Assembly: GCF_018350175.1 (NCBI RefSeq)
Contig: NC_058376.1
Location: 1,984,001-2,048,000, forward strand
Reading direction: 5' to 3'
DNA length: 64,000 nucleotides
DNA from: Felis catus
Lineage: Eukaryota
Part shown: positions 39,570-52,059 of the stretch, piece by piece
Position numbering within the stretch: the first letter of the stretch is position 1
Layout: the number at the start of each line of letters is the position of its first letter
Notes under the pieces: model-generated
Database searches by the model: none
Seen by the model: only the letters and a program-made list of their open reading frames with translations
What the model was told of the DNA's origin: nothing
Program-made: the position numbers and the translations under genes

Positions 39570-40925
39570 ATTGATCCTCATTATTCATGGATTTGGCATT
39601 TGCAACTTCAGCTACTCACTGACTTTGAGATTACAGATCAAACACTTTCACAGTGTTTCATGGATGTGTATTGAGCAGCAAAACATTGGGTGTCCCCACA
39701 CACAGGTTCCCAGTGGAGGTCAAACAGGTGTCTTGTGCTCTCTATTTAATGCCACATTTTCCATGATCCTGTGCTTCTTTTGGTGATGTCACTGCTTGAC
39801 ATGGCCTCATTATGCAAGAAGGCTGCAATGTGCCTCATGGAGAAAATACATGTGTTAAATAAGCTTCCTTTGGGTGTGAGTTATGTTGCGATTGGAGGTG
39901 AGTTCAGGGAATCAGCAATGAATGCTAGATATTCACTGTGAAATAATAATGTATGTTGAGATATATAATATGATATATATATAGAATATGTGTATAATAA
40001 AATATATGTGTCTCTGTCCCTGGTTCTTGCTAATATTTGGTCTTTGACCCCAGTTCCTGACACAGAGCTCCTAAATGCCTTGGGACTTCCTGGGTGGTAG
40101 GAATGATTTCTGTTCTAATGAGGTGATTGACTCTGGGTTAGCTTCAGGATGGGGGCTACTCACCAGAATGACCAAGCTTTGGTTAGAAGCTTCATGCTGT
40201 AGGCTCCATTCCCATCCTCGGGAAAGGGGAGAGTGGCTAGAAACTTAGTTAATGACAGATCGTGCCTGCATGAGGAAGCCTCCGTAGAAATCCCAACGTG
40301 CAGAATTCTGAGAACTTCCAGTCTGGTGAATGTGTCCATGTGCCGAGGAGGGTGGCGCACCCCAACTCCACAGGGAGAGAAGCTCCTGTACTCGCCGCCC
40401 CCTGCCACAGGCCTCACCTTGTGCATCCCTCCATGCGGCTGTTTATCTGTATCCTTTAAAATAACTTTTGTAACAAATCGGCAATAGAGCTCATCTATTT
40501 CCCTAGCAAAGTAATAACCCCGAGGGGGAGGTCACAGGAACCTCCGTTCTGTAGCCAAGTCAGGCAGACGTTGTGGGTAACTAGGCACCTACTACCGGTG
40601 GCTGGCCTCTGAAGTGGGGGCAGTCTCCTGGCCCGCACCCTTAACCTGGGGTCTGCGCTAGCGCTGGGGAGTGTCGGAATGGAACTTAATCATGAGGCAC
40701 CCACGCAGCTGGCGTCAGGAGCGTTATGTGCGGGTGAAGGGAGACGCTGTGTTTTTTCCTGGACACACATGAAACGGGGTTCTGTATTGATCGGTTGATG
40801 AAAATGAGACCAGGGGCTCACAGGAACCTGACTCTAGTCCCCCAGGAGCCAAGCGTCAACATTTGCTAATCCAGCGTGAGCGGCGATTTTCCATCACGTG
40901 ACCGCCGCCCGCGGGGAGAACCAGC
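39570..40925 (+). mobile_element. MER82-like Tigger element split by an LTR insertion
   Basis: 5' part 39570-39930 (gatcctcattattcatggat...gcaagaaggctgcaatgtgcctcatggagaaaatac) and 3' part 40745-40925 (tgtattgatcggttgatgaaaatg...caggaacct). Confidence 0.65.
39990..40730 (+). mobile_element. MER21-like solo LTR nested in the MER82-like element
   Basis: ccccagttcctgacacagagctcctaaa...ggagggtggcgcaccccaactccacagggagagaagctcctg...gaagtgggggcagtct motifs. Confidence 0.7.
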
Positions 40926-42223
40926 CGCAGCTGGAGGGAGCACCTGCTACCACCCGTTCCTCTCCCTCTGCGTCTCGCGTCGCCCGCCTGCGTTCTTCTC
41001 GTCCTCCGTTGGCGCGTTCCTGTGCACCTAGTGAATGTTTTCTCAGGCGGCTTTTTTATTTAATGATTTTTCACTTTAAAGAAAAGTTTTTCCTAGTGTT
41101 TGCTCTCTAGGGCTTACGCGTGTTTATTTTACCTTAGCCGAATTAGCTTCTGATTTATACCAGCTCCACTCCCGTGACATAAAAACATTCTCCTTTTCAT
41201 ACAGGACGCTGTCCCTTCTTGTCCCTTTCGTGTGGGATGCTGTCCCTTCTTGTCCCCTTTCATGGTCTTGCTGTTAACACACACTCCATCGGTCCATGTA
41301 AAAAACCCAATAATGTATTGTAATTATTACCTAATGCCTTTCATGACTTCGAAGAAGCTGAGACAAGAAAGGAAAACAAGATGAAATGCAAGGCTTTTGC
41401 TCTCCTGGCCTTTTCATCATTTCTGGTTCTCTTCCCATTTTCCTGTGGATCCACGTTGCCATCGGCACCCTCGCCGCGACGTGTCTGTCTGCGGGTCTTT
41501 TGTGCGTAACTTATTTGAGTGCGTTGATCCTCCTGGATGTGTAGATTAAAGTTTTTCAATAGATTCGGTAAGTTTTAAGCCACTATTTCTTTGAGATAAT
41601 AACATTTGTCCACTGAGGGCTGACTGGCAGAGCCCCCAGTCCCATCCATCAGGGGTCAGTGAGGCTTTAAACCCTGAAGCCCCCTGGGCCCCAACAAGCC
41701 CCCGCCGGAGGCCTGCAGCTTAGAGTACCATGGCCGAGTGTCCACGAGGACGTGAGGGGCCACGTGGGGTGTTATGTGCTCACTAGGTCTCAGGTGTGGA
41801 AACAAGCATGGGGCATGAAGCGGTGAAGCAGACATGTCGCCCCTCACAGTCATTCGTATGGTGCTAGCCCACGGCTGTGACCCTGGCCCCTTCTGTGAGC
41901 CAGTCTCTGCCCCCAGGACACTTTGTCCTCACACCTGCCCGAGCACTCCCTCCCGGGAGAGCGAGTCCAATCTACGCCCACTGCAACCAGCGGCATCACC
42001 TCACACGGTGCATCCTGCCCCGTGGCCAGGCCGGCCGAGCATCGTCAGACCTGTCCTCAGCTGGGCCTCCCTCCCTTGGCTCAGAGCCCAGCTTCCAGGA
42101 CTGCCCCCCTCCTCGTCCCTGCCCTTGGAGACAAGGTCTGTTTACACGGGCAGTCCCCCACGGGATGGAGCCCAGGCTGTCGCTTCCAGAAAATCTCCTG
42201 ATTGCTACAGTCTCCACAAAAGC

Positions 42224-42423
42224 ATCAAAGCATCTCTGCTGTCTCTCCTCTGGGATGAACGCAGGTCAGGATGGCCTGAGGTCCACTCAAGAGCCTCATA
42301 AGCCAGCAGCTTTTGGACTGGGAAGCAGCATAGTGAGCACTCAGCAGAACAACAAACACCAACAAGGAAGGGGAGCTTCACTCAGCCTGCTGCTGGGACA
42401 ACACACAGCCGGGAGGTATAAAA
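42224..42423 (+). promoter_or_regulatory. KRTAP10 copy 3 promoter
   Basis: TATAAAA 42417-42423; CAAACACCAACAAGGAAG 42353-42370; TCF/LEF consensus ATCAAAG 42224-42230. Confidence 0.75.
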
Positions 42424-42515
42424 GCCGACAGACAGCCAGAACACCTCACACACACACACACACACACACGCACTCACACACACACACCGCCTCCTGCAGC
42501 CCCACCGCCCCCGCC

Positions 42516-43382
42516 ATGGCCGCGTCCACCCTGTCCGTCTGCTCCAGCGACCTGAGCTATGGCAGCCGCGTCTGCCTGCCCGGGGCCTCGGACTCCTGCC
42601 CCGACTCCTCCTGGCAGGTGGACGACTGCCCAGAGAGCTGCTGCGAGCCCCCGTGCTGCGCCCCGGCCCCCTGCCTGACCCTCCTGTGTGGCCCCTCCTC
42701 CCCCTGCCAGGGAGACTGCTGCACCCCTGCGTGCTGCAAGCCCGTCTGCTGCACCCCTGCGTGCTGTAAGCCTGTCTGCTGCACCCCTGTGTGCTGCAAG
42801 CCCGTCTGCTGCACCCCTGTCTGCTGCAAGCCCGTGTGCTGCACCCCTGTCTGCTGCGAGGACTCCCCCTGCTCAACCCCCTCCTGTTGCCAGCCCAGCC
42901 CCTGCTGCAGACCCTCCTCCAGTGTATCCCTGCTCTGCCGCCCCGTGTGCAGGCCCGCCTGCTGCACCCCTGTCTGCTGCAAGCCCGTGTGCTGCACCCC
43001 TGTCTGCTGCGAGGACTCCCCCTGCTCAACCCCCTCCTGCTGCCAGCCCAGCCCCTGCTGCAGACCCTCCTCCAGTGTATCCCTGCTCTGCCGCCCCGTG
43101 TGCAAGCCCGTCTGCTGCACCCCTGTCTGCTGCAAGCCCATCTGCTGCACCCCTGTGTGCTGCGAGGACTCCCCCTGCTCAGCCCCCTCCTGCTGCCAGC
43201 CCAGCCCCTGCTGCAGGCCCTCCTCCTGCGTGTCCCTGCTCTGCCGCCCCGTGTGCAGGCCCGCCTGCTGTGCCCCTGCCTCCTCCTGCTGCCGCCCGGA
43301 TTCCTGCGTGTCCCTGCTCTGCCGCCCCGCGTGCCCCCGCCCTGCCTGCTGCGGCCCCGCCTCAGGCCAGTCCTGCTGCTGA
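42516..43382 (+). CDS. KRTAP10: Keratin-associated protein 10 family member, copy 3, 288 aa, TSPEAR intron 2
   Basis: Kozak gccATGg at 42516; Cys/Pro repeat protein; TATAAAA 42417-42423; AATAAA 43633-43638. Confidence 0.95.
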   Translation: MAASTLSVCSSDLSYGSRVCLPGASDSCPDSSWQVDDCPESCCEPPCCAPAPCLTLLCGPSSPCQGDCCTPACCKPVCCTPACCKPVCCTPVCCKPVCCTPVCCKPVCCTPVCCEDSPCSTPSCCQPSPCCRPSSSVSLLCRPVCRPACCTPVCCKPVCCTPVCCEDSPCSTPSCCQPSPCCRPSSSVSLLCRPVCKPVCCTPVCCKPICCTPVCCEDSPCSAPSCCQPSPCCRPSSCVSLLCRPVCRPACCAPASSCCRPDSCVSLLCRPACPRPACCGPASGQSCC

Positions 43383-43632
43383 TGGGCACGTCCCCCCACT
43401 GCTACTAGGACTCCCACCCAAAGTATTCGGAGCCTCGAGCCCAGTCTGGGGTCTCCTTCTGCCCCCAGGTGCCCACCGCAGCAGACAAGGCTGAGCCCTC
43501 ACTGTCGGGCTGGCTCCCTAGGGCAGCTGCAGCTTCCCAAGGGCCCTGTGTGTCACCCGGTGTCCTCCTCTCTATCATAGCCAGATTGAGGTCACTTTGT
43601 CCTGTCCTACGTGAGCGACCTATCTGTTAACC

Positions 43633-43638
43633 AATAAA
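43633..43638 (+). terminator. Polyadenylation signal of KRTAP10 copy 3
   Basis: First AATAAA, about 250 bp after the stop. Confidence 0.75.
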
Positions 43639-44064
43639 GTCACCGTCAGCCCCTCCGAAGGCCTCGAATGCGCGTCTCGGCCAGCAGGGAAGGGCTGCGA
43701 TGTTGCACGCGGGCGGGGCTGCCCTGCGAGGCCTGGAGCCGCGTCCGTCACAACAGCACCGTCGGGCAGGGCGGCCACCCGCACCCCCTGCTGGGCCTCC
43801 TGCGCTGGCTGTCCCCTGGCAGCCCCACAAGCCGGCCCACCTGGGAGGCCCCTAGAGCCCTTCACCAGTGAGGGACGGAGGGCCATCTGTCGGGCCCTGA
43901 GCCTTTGCCAGGGACAAAGGAGGCCCGGTTAATAGAGCTTCCGCCTTGGGGGCATGCATGGTGCCAGCCACTCTCCGGTGGCCCTCGGCACAGGGGCGAG
44001 CGCGTCCCTCTGTGTGAAGACGCCAGGAGCATGAGTGCTGTGCGCGGTGATGACGGGAGCCCGT

Positions 44065-44447
44065 GTCGGTCAGGAGTCTCCACAGACACAGCCAATAGGA
44101 TGTGTGCACAAACATGCGGGGTTTTGAGGCATAGGTTCACGTGAGCGCGGGGGCCAGCAAGTCCAAAATCTGCAGGGCAGGCTTCCCAGGGATGAGCTGA
44201 TGTTGGAGCTTGAGCCCAGAGATGGTCTGCTGATAGACTCCGGCTACCTCTTGGGGGACCTCTGTCTGTGCTCCGAGTCCTTCAACTGATTGGGTGAGGC
44301 CCACCCACCATATGGCAGATAATCTGCTTCACTCAGAGCCGACCGACGTAAATATCAGTCTGGGCCTTCACGGCAATGTTTGTATGTGTTTGACCAAACA
44401 ACTGAGCATGATGGCCTGGCCAAGATGACGCATAAAATTAACCATCT
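44065..44447 (-). mobile_element. MLT2-type ERVL solo LTR
   Basis: ccttcaactgattgggtgaggcccacc...tgtttgaccaaacaactg...gacgcataaaattaaccatc is the reverse complement of MLT2. Confidence 0.75.
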
Positions 44448-46159
44448 CCCCGGACCAACAGCCCAGGGTCTGGCGTACTGAAAATGGTGGGTCTCATTGG
44501 GCTGTCCCCTCAGGATTTCAAGTGTTCAGGCAGGTCGCCTTGTTGGAAGAAACGGGGAGGAGGGATTCCCACCGGCCCTACAGGCACGGTGCCCAGCAGG
44601 CACGTGCCCTGGGCCACGGATGATCCCCAGTGAGGAAGGGCCACGTCTGGGAGGCCTCACAAGCCCTCGGGCCACATTCGAGGGAAACCATGCCTGGCAA
44701 CATTGTGATGTACCAACCTGCGGTCAGAAGGAAGCAGGTGTCCCTTGGGGAGCGTTTCCTGGCACAAAACATTGTGACTCCTGGATGGCTGGCCGGCCAG
44801 TCACCCGGGATCCCTGTGGATGCCAACATGCCCCCCCACTGTGGTGCAGGGTGTGTCCTGTCCCCCGTCCCCGGTCCCCAAGTCGCTCGGTGAACAGCCA
44901 CACCCACCCACCCAGCAGCCTGGCCTCTCCCTGGGCGCCGCCCCTCCCCTCCTCTGCCCCATCTCACTGAGCTTCAGCTTCTGGCCCCCACCCCACCCTC
45001 CCTGCCAGGACGGCCCAGGCGCCCGGCCCCGTCCTGCTTCTCCCTGAAGACCCCTCCTCCCCTTCTTCCTCTGCCCTCCCCGGCGGGCGCCTGCCGTTGA
45101 CTTGCGGTCCCTTCGACCCCCAGAACCGCTCACTCCCGAGTCCCCGTCGGCCAGACTGGCACGTGCCCTGGGGACCGAAGCGACTCTGGGTTCTGCTGAG
45201 TGCTGTGGATCAGAGCAGGGGTGCTTCCCTGGGCTCTGACCCGGGACGAGAAGAGAGGAATGGCATCTTTAGTCTCACCAACTGTACCCGAAATCCAGCA
45301 CTTCAAGTGGTTGTGAACAGCCAGCAGCCCCGAGTGGATCAGCAGGGCCCGAGCCTTCGCGGCCATGGACGTCAGGTGTGCGGCCCTCACGGGGACAGCT
45401 GGCCCCACACTCACCGATGGCTGGGCGGCTGGCACCCACCCCGCAGGACATCACCTGGGGCTCACTGGAGGAGTATGCTAAATCACTCGCTTGTTTTCAA
45501 GTTTCAGCGTGCCTTCCTGTAATCCGTGCCTTTTGATTTCCGTCAGGTTTTTTCTTTCTTCATTTAGAACCAGCTGAAGGCTTCTTAAGCTGGTGGGGAG
45601 GGGGGGCAGGCACAGAAACGGTCGGGGCGCCCGGCACCCTCTGGCCGTGAGCAGCTCTCTGTCTGTGGCTCTGACCACCAGCAGGACGGTGGTCAGCCCC
45701 GCTCGCCCACAGGTTCCCGGAGGTGAGGCACAGCCCCCGTGACGCCCCGACTCTCAGGAAGGATCGTGTGTGTCCCCCTGTCGTTTGTGGACCCTTAATT
45801 CTCGAGGGGCCCTTCCCTTTCAGCCACGGTGTCTTCATTTGTCCCTCGTGGTTTTCACGGCGGGTGTGTACAAACCCGACCGGAGAGTCAGAGGGCCCCC
45901 GAGGGAGGGCAGGCGGCGGGGAGAGCTGCCCAGTGAGCCCCCGACGTGCAGGAGGCGGGCGGTCCCCACTCCGGGTCAGTGGCACCTCAGCGGGAGGCAG
46001 GAGGCAGCTGAGTGCGGCACACGGCCAAGCACTCCTCAAGGCCCTGTTGGCTCCTTGGGTCGTGATGGTACCACCACCTTTCTGGGTTTAGATATGACGA
46101 ACTGTTTCGAGACTTTTGTTGTCTAATAAAAAATAGTAGATGAAATGTACTTTGGGTGG

Positions 46160-46180
46160 TTTTTTTTAGTTTATTTATCT

Positions 46181-46218
<38 letters not shown>

Positions 46219-46385
46219 ATGAGTGGGGGAAGGGCAGAGAAAGGCAGAGAGAGAGAGAATCCCAAGCAGATGCTGAGCTGTCACCGCAGAGCCCGACTCG
46301 GGGCTCAAACCCACAACCTGTGAGCTCATGACCTGAACCGAAGTCGAGAGTTGGACGCTTAACTGACTGAGCCCCCAGGCGCCCT
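46160..46385 (-). mobile_element. CanSINE with expanded (GA)n (46182-46215)
   Basis: Typical sequence. Confidence 0.88.
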
Positions 46386-46786
46386 GCCCCGATGATGAAA
46401 TGGCCTTCGAAACCGACGGCTGAGCCCTGCCTGCTGTCAGTTTCTTTTTGTTTCTGCTGCTTCTTGTCTTTAAAATCCCCACCATGGATGTTTTTCTTCC
46501 ACTTTCCCTGCTGTTTTGAAAGACACACATCCTGTTTTCAGTCACACTCGTGAATGTCTAAGTCTCCCTTCACATTTGTGTTTCAACTGGTCAAGTCACG
46601 AATCAATGATACGGCGTGAGAAATTCCTCCTTGAGACGGAATTGGGTGTTTCTCCCACCCTCTGGCCGCGCCCCACGCCTTTCAGCTTTCTGGGATCATC
46701 TGAAGGGCCACCGTCTGACAGAAACATGGTACGAGCCACATATGTATTACAGCCATCCCAGCAGCCGCATTTAAAAGTGAAAAAGA

Positions 46787-46998
46787 GGGGGCGCCTGGGA
46801 GGCTCAGTCGGTTAAGTGTCTGACTTCGTTCGGCTCAGGTCATGATCTCACGGTCCATGAGTTTGAGCCCCATGTCGGGCTGTGTGCTGACAGCTCGGAG
46901 CCTGGAGCCTGCTTCCGACTCTGTGTCTCCCTCTCTCTCTGCCCCTCCCCTGTTCATGCTCTGTCTCTCCGTGTCTCAAAATAAACATTAAAAAAAAT
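46787..46998 (+). mobile_element. CanSINE
   Basis: GGGGCGCCTGGGAGGCTCAGTCGGTTAAG head and A tail. Confidence 0.88.
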
Positions 46999-47142
46999 AA
47001 ACTTGTAAAAACTCAGCAATATGTGTGCAGGGTTGACTCAAAGTGCGTGATGCTCTTGAAACTCACAAGTTCTTCCAGCCCACACGCACACGTCTTGTCC
47101 ATTCAGCTCCGGGCAGCACACCCTCTGTTACTTCTTTGACTG

Positions 47143-47373
47143 TTTTTTTTTTTTAAGTTTTTTTTAATGTTTATTTATTTTTGAGAGACAGAGAGAGAGA
47201 GCATGAGCAGGAGAGGGGTGGAGAGAGGGCGGGGGGACACAGAATCCGAAGCAGGCTCCAGGCTCTGAGCTGTCAGCACAGAGCCTGACGCGGGGCTCAA
47301 ACTCACAAGCCAAGAGATCATGACCTGACCTAAGTTGGACGCTTAACCGATTGAGCCACGCAGGCACCCCCCC
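47143..47373 (-). mobile_element. CanSINE
   Basis: Typical sequence; TTCTTTGACTG occurs on both sides. Confidence 0.85.
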
Positions 47374-47664
47374 AACCCTTTTTAAATTTCTTTGACTGCT
47401 GTTTTGATCTTAGCTGCTCCTCTCCCTCTCTGGCCACTGGGTTATCGCGTTTGGTCTCGGCTGAACACCCCGTCCGTGCGTTACATACTGTCTGACCACA
47501 TCTGTGGGTGTTTTCTTGTGTTTTGGGGGTACCACCAGCATTTGTCCTTCCGACTGCTGACATGATTGCTGTTTCCTGCCTCTGTTGTCTTTAATCCAGC
47601 TGCTTGGTGTTCAATTTCCTTGAACACTTGCTGTCTTCCACCATTTTGTTAGGAATGAGGAAGT

Positions 47665-47880
47665 CCCGGTTAGAGCGTAGATCCCGTATGCGCTGGCTTC
47701 AGTCCCCCTTCAGCCACGTTGGGCTGCGTGACCTTGAGTAGGTTGCTTAACCTCTCTGTGCCCAGGCTCCCTCCTCTGTTCATTCGCAGTATGGAATGAC
47801 GTGTCACTTAGTTGATGTGAAAATTAAGTGGGTTACCAGATGTGAAATGCTCAGAGCCCCCACTGACTCAGAAAATGGTA
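47665..47880 (+). mobile_element. MIR
   Basis: gctgcgtgaccttgagtaggttgcttaacctctctgtgccc core. Confidence 0.7.
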
Positions 47881-47899
47881 GCTAACGTCACCAACATCG

Positions 47900-48962
47900 T
47901 CATTAGTGCTATTTTGGGGGTCTTCTCCTAAGACGTTGAATTCCCACCCCCCCCCCCCATCACCTGCACACGATGACTTTCTGTTCTGGGTTCACTGGGA
48001 CCATACCTTCTTGCATCCCACGTTGCCTGACGTCTTCTTTTGAGCGTTGTTGTGGATCCACGAGTGTCCATCACTCTCGCGCAGTCTTCAGGAGATGTGC
48101 TCTCTCTGTCCACACTGTGTGCTCTGGGGCATCGTCCTGGGGTGAGGGGGTGCTGTGCTCAGCCGTGGGCGTGGAGGGCACGGGCACCTGCTGAAGGCCA
48201 CCTGTGCGTGAGTGGAATATCGATGGAAACCGAATGGCCAAGCAGCGTACTGGTCATGCGCCCTGGGACCCCCACGGTTGCATCTCAGCCCCTCCACGAA
48301 CCCAGACCCGTCGTGGAGTTTCACAGCGTCCCACTCTAGTCCCTTAATGCTCCTTGCAGAGAGAGAAGGAAGGGGGAGGCAGAGAAGGTACTGGTAGAGA
48401 AGCTGCCGACCGCTGACACGGACAATGAGGGGAGCAGCCTCACTGGAGGCCCCCCGGGCCCCCCAGGAAGTGTGATAAGGGGACATCATGAGCCACGTGA
48501 CATGCGTGGATTCGACAACCCCAGTGAAATGGACAAGAATGTATTTCTCCACTCAAGAGGAAATACATAACCCGAACAGCCCCGTTCTATTAAAGACATT
48601 GGATGTGTCCGTAAGAACCTTCCCGCAGCCCGCCCGTCCTTCAGCAGGCGAACCGTAAAGCGGCACGGAACATCGGACCACAGAACCGTGCCTGCGTCTC
48701 AAAGGAGCCAAGTACGAGAAAACCTCCGACAGTGGCCTGCTGCGTGATTCCCCTTCGGCAACGGCCTCGGGACAGCCAAAGAGTAGAGGTGGAGAGGCGG
48801 GCCTGCGCGGCCAGGGATGCATGTGCTGGGTGTGGCCGTCAGGGGCGCTGGAGGGGGCCTCCGGTCACGCCCACACTGACCGCGGTGGCCGTATGATCCA
48901 CAAATACGAACACTGCAGAGAGGCACATGCGTGCCCACACAGAGACACACACACACGGAGAT

Positions 48963-49000
<38 letters not shown>

Positions 49001-49170
49001 CGATGTGCGTAAATGTGGTGGGATCTTGGGCGGCCGATCTCCTGGTTGTGACTTGTGCTAACGTTACACAAGTGGCCATCACTGACGGAAATGCGTAAAG
49101 GGCGACAGGAGCTCCCAGTATAATTTTTTATAACTTCTGGTGAACTATAATTTCAAGCAAATCCACGTAG
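47900..49170 (+). mobile_element. GC-shifted old L1 (ORF2 remnants and L1MC-like 3' end) with (CA)n at about 48964-48996
   Basis: ttcgacaac...gaaatggacaa and aagaggaaatacataacccgaacagcccc ORF2 motifs; tttttataacttctggtgaactataatttcaa 3' end. Confidence 0.5.
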
Positions 49171-49878
49171 AAACCCCCAGGCCCACGTGGCTTCACTGCT
49201 GGGTTCTATCAGGGGGACACCGACGCCAGGGCAGGATCCTGCAGACCCGCCGTCCGCCTCCTGGCTGGCACAAGACGCTGTCCCCTGCTGTTGCCCCGTC
49301 ACCCCTCGAGCTTACACCAGGGCACTGCCCAGATCCCCGTCAATGCCATGGAATCGCCAAAATCTCTGAGAGTTGTCCTGTGCTGTCATCACTGCTTCCG
49401 TGACACCCACACCGCCTCCCCCATGGGAGCACCGCGCACCCATGGGCGTAAGAGACAGACCCGCCCCGGCTGCCTGCCTCCCTCTTGGGGCTGCTGTCTG
49501 TGTGCTGGGACCCTCGCGCCCCGCGGCCACACCCCCGCACCTCGGCCGCGGGTGTGCATGTGACAGGCCAACGACCCCAGGCTCCCCGTGGCACCAGGTG
49601 CCTGTGACGCTGCCCTCTGCTCCCGCCCAGCACGTGCCCCCCCCCCCCCGCGGGACCCGATGTCCTCCTGGGCCCCCTGGGGCAGTGGGAGCAGGTCTGC
49701 ACCTTTCTCCCACGTAACCCGCGGAACCCGGTGCAGCCACAAGCAGCCCCATGGGGGGCCGTCACAGCCGTCTGCCACAGGAAGGCACGGACACCCACTT
49801 CCCTGACTCCCCACAGGGACCCCGGCTTCCCCGAGGGCTAGACCCCGGTCATGCGGTCATCAAAACCTCCTGGGCAAC

Positions 49879-49975
49879 TGACTCATCTAATGTGGCTTCC
49901 CTGACCTGGCACCACACCAACAAGGAAGGGGGTGAGGCTCCTGTGGAGACAACACAAGCCCGGGCAGATATAAAA
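49879..49975 (+). promoter_or_regulatory. KRTAP10 copy 4 promoter
   Basis: TATAAAA 49969-49975; ACACCAACAAGGAAG 49914-49928; AP-1 consensus TGACTCA 49879-49885. Confidence 0.75.
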
Positions 49976-50086
49976 GCCATGGCCTCCCAGGGTACCCGGC
50001 ACACATTCGCACTCACGCACACACCCACACTCACGCACAAACCCACACCCACACCCACTCCCTCCTGCAGCCCCACGGCCCCCACC

Positions 50087-50953
50087 ATGGCCGCGTCCAC
50101 CCTGTCCGTCTGCTCCAGCGACCTGAGCTATGGCAGCCGCGTCTGCCTGCCCGGATCCTCGGACTCCTGCCCCGACTCCTCCTGGCAGGTGGACGACTGC
50201 CCAGAGAGCTGCTGCGAGCCCCCGTGCTGCGCCCCCGCCCCCTGCCTGACCCTCCTGTGCGGCCCCTCCTCCCCCTGCCAGGGAGACTGCTGCACCCCTG
50301 CGTGCTGCAAGCCCGTGTGCTGCACCCCTGTGTGCTGCAAGCCCGTGTGCTGCACCCCTGTCTGCTGTAAGCCCGTCTGCTGCACCCCTGTGTGCTGCAA
50401 GCCCGTCTGCTGCACTCCTGTCTGCTGCGAGGACTCCCCCTGCACAACCTCTTCATGCTGCCAGCCGTCCTGCTGCACCTCCTCCCCCTGTCAGGAAGAC
50501 TGCTGCACCCCTGTGTGCTGTAAGCCCGTCTGCTGCACCCCTGTCTGCTGCAAGCCCGTCTGCTGCACCCCTGTGTGCTGCGAGGACTCCCCCTGCTCAG
50601 CCCCCTCCTGCTGCCAGCCCAGCCCCTGCTGCAGACCCTCCTCCTGCGTGTCCCTGCTCTGCCGCCCCGTGTGCAAGCCTGCCTGCTGCACCCCTGTCTG
50701 CTGCAAGCCCGTCTGCTGCACCCCTGTGTGCTGCGAGGACTCCCCCTGCTCAGCCCCCTCCTGCTGCCAGCCCAGCCCCTGCTGCAGACCCTCCTCCAGT
50801 GTATCCCTGCTCTGCCGCCCCGTGTGCCCCCGCCCCGTCTGCTGTGCCCCTGCCTCCTCCTGCTGCCGCCCGGATTCCTGCGTGTCCCTGCTCTGCCGTC
50901 CCGTGTGCCCCCGCCCTGCCTGCGGCCCCGCCTCAGGCCAGTCCTGCTGCTGA
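50087..50953 (+). CDS. KRTAP10: Keratin-associated protein 10 family member, copy 4, 288 aa, TSPEAR intron 2
   Basis: accATGg at 50087; intact Cys-rich ORF; TATAAAA 49969-49975; AATAAA 51199-51204. Confidence 0.95.
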   Translation: MAASTLSVCSSDLSYGSRVCLPGSSDSCPDSSWQVDDCPESCCEPPCCAPAPCLTLLCGPSSPCQGDCCTPACCKPVCCTPVCCKPVCCTPVCCKPVCCTPVCCKPVCCTPVCCEDSPCTTSSCCQPSCCTSSPCQEDCCTPVCCKPVCCTPVCCKPVCCTPVCCEDSPCSAPSCCQPSPCCRPSSCVSLLCRPVCKPACCTPVCCKPVCCTPVCCEDSPCSAPSCCQPSPCCRPSSSVSLLCRPVCPRPVCCAPASSCCRPDSCVSLLCRPVCPRPACGPASGQSCC

Positions 50954-51198
50954 TGGGCACGTCCCCCCAGGGCCAGCCGGGCTCAGGTCCCACCTGGTGA
51001 CTGTGGTCCTCCTGGCCACCCATCAGCCCTGACCTTGACCTCCTGCCTCCCGGGAATGCTGACCCCGCAGCTTCCTGGGGCTTCTGCTCCCAGGAGGCAC
51101 CTGCACCTGTTCTGGGTCACCTGTCCTTCCCTCCCCCTTTCTCTGCTTGGGTCACTTGGCTTTGACTCCTAACCTGTCAGCACCTCTTCAGGAAGCCC

Positions 51199-51204
51199 AA
51201 TAAA
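51199..51204 (+). terminator. Polyadenylation signal of KRTAP10 copy 4
   Basis: AATAAA 246 bp after the stop; homologous to copies 2 and 5. Confidence 0.8.
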
Positions 51205-52059
51205 CTCACTTCACCGGCCGATTTGTTTCCTTTCATCTGACCTTCATGGGGGTGCGGGGACCCCAGGGTTTTGCCCAGACACGGTCTCCTCCAGCCACGA
51301 ACATTTCTAGGAATGAGGGACTGAGCAGTCCCAGAGGCAGGGCCTACCTCGTGCGGGCAGGGCCATGGGTGGGACTCACGCCCTGGCCCAGGAAGCTCCG
51401 TGCTGGTGGGCCCAGTGCTCAGGGCTTCCCAGGCTGGTCACCTGCACACGGGTCATGGTCTGGGGGTCCTCAGCCCCTGGCCCGTTTCCACCCACAGCCC
51501 CATCTGGGCAAACAGGCCCCAGACAAGTGGGTCTGCGTGCTCCAGGGAGCTCTCCCATAGGGAGAACATCCTCTATGGGCCTGGGGTCGTCCTGTGTTCC
51601 TCCCACGGGTTCTACCCATTTAGCAGAAAGGTGATGGAGCGGGGGAGGCAGTGCTCCGGCCAGGATGGGGTAACAGGGACGGGATTCCTTCCCACCTGGG
51701 CCAACTCTGAAAGTTGACAAGATCATGAAGCAAGGGTGTCAGATCCCGGGCCCAAGACGCGCAGAACCAGTGCACTTGTGAGGGAGATAAGCAAGGTTCC
51801 TGTCACTGTCGGTGCCCTCACCACCTGGACAGGATCTCCAGCCCCCGTGCAGGAGGGCAAACCGCACGGAACTCCAAGGACCCCGAGTTCCATAGATGGC
51901 CTCGGGAAAAGCCCGGGCAGACAGTGTTGGGGTCAGAGTGCTGGAGAAGAGGCCCCATCCCAGCGGTCTCCCCACCTGAGACCCTCTGTGCTCTGCCGTG
52001 TCCCCTCCCCGGCCCTGGCGCCCACGCTTCTGCTTTCTGTCTCTGAAGCTCCTCACATA

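Noticed and set aside
41206-41262. About 30-bp tandem duplication and scattered microsatellites
   Set aside because: Ordinary slippage products inside old repeats.
41877-42515. N-terminal extensions of KRTAP ORFs in the ORF track (also 13650-13781 and 49751-50086)
   Set aside because: They run through the TATA box and promoter. The gccATGg at 49979 is only 3 nt after the TATA box, upstream of the expected TSS. The conserved MAAST start is used instead.
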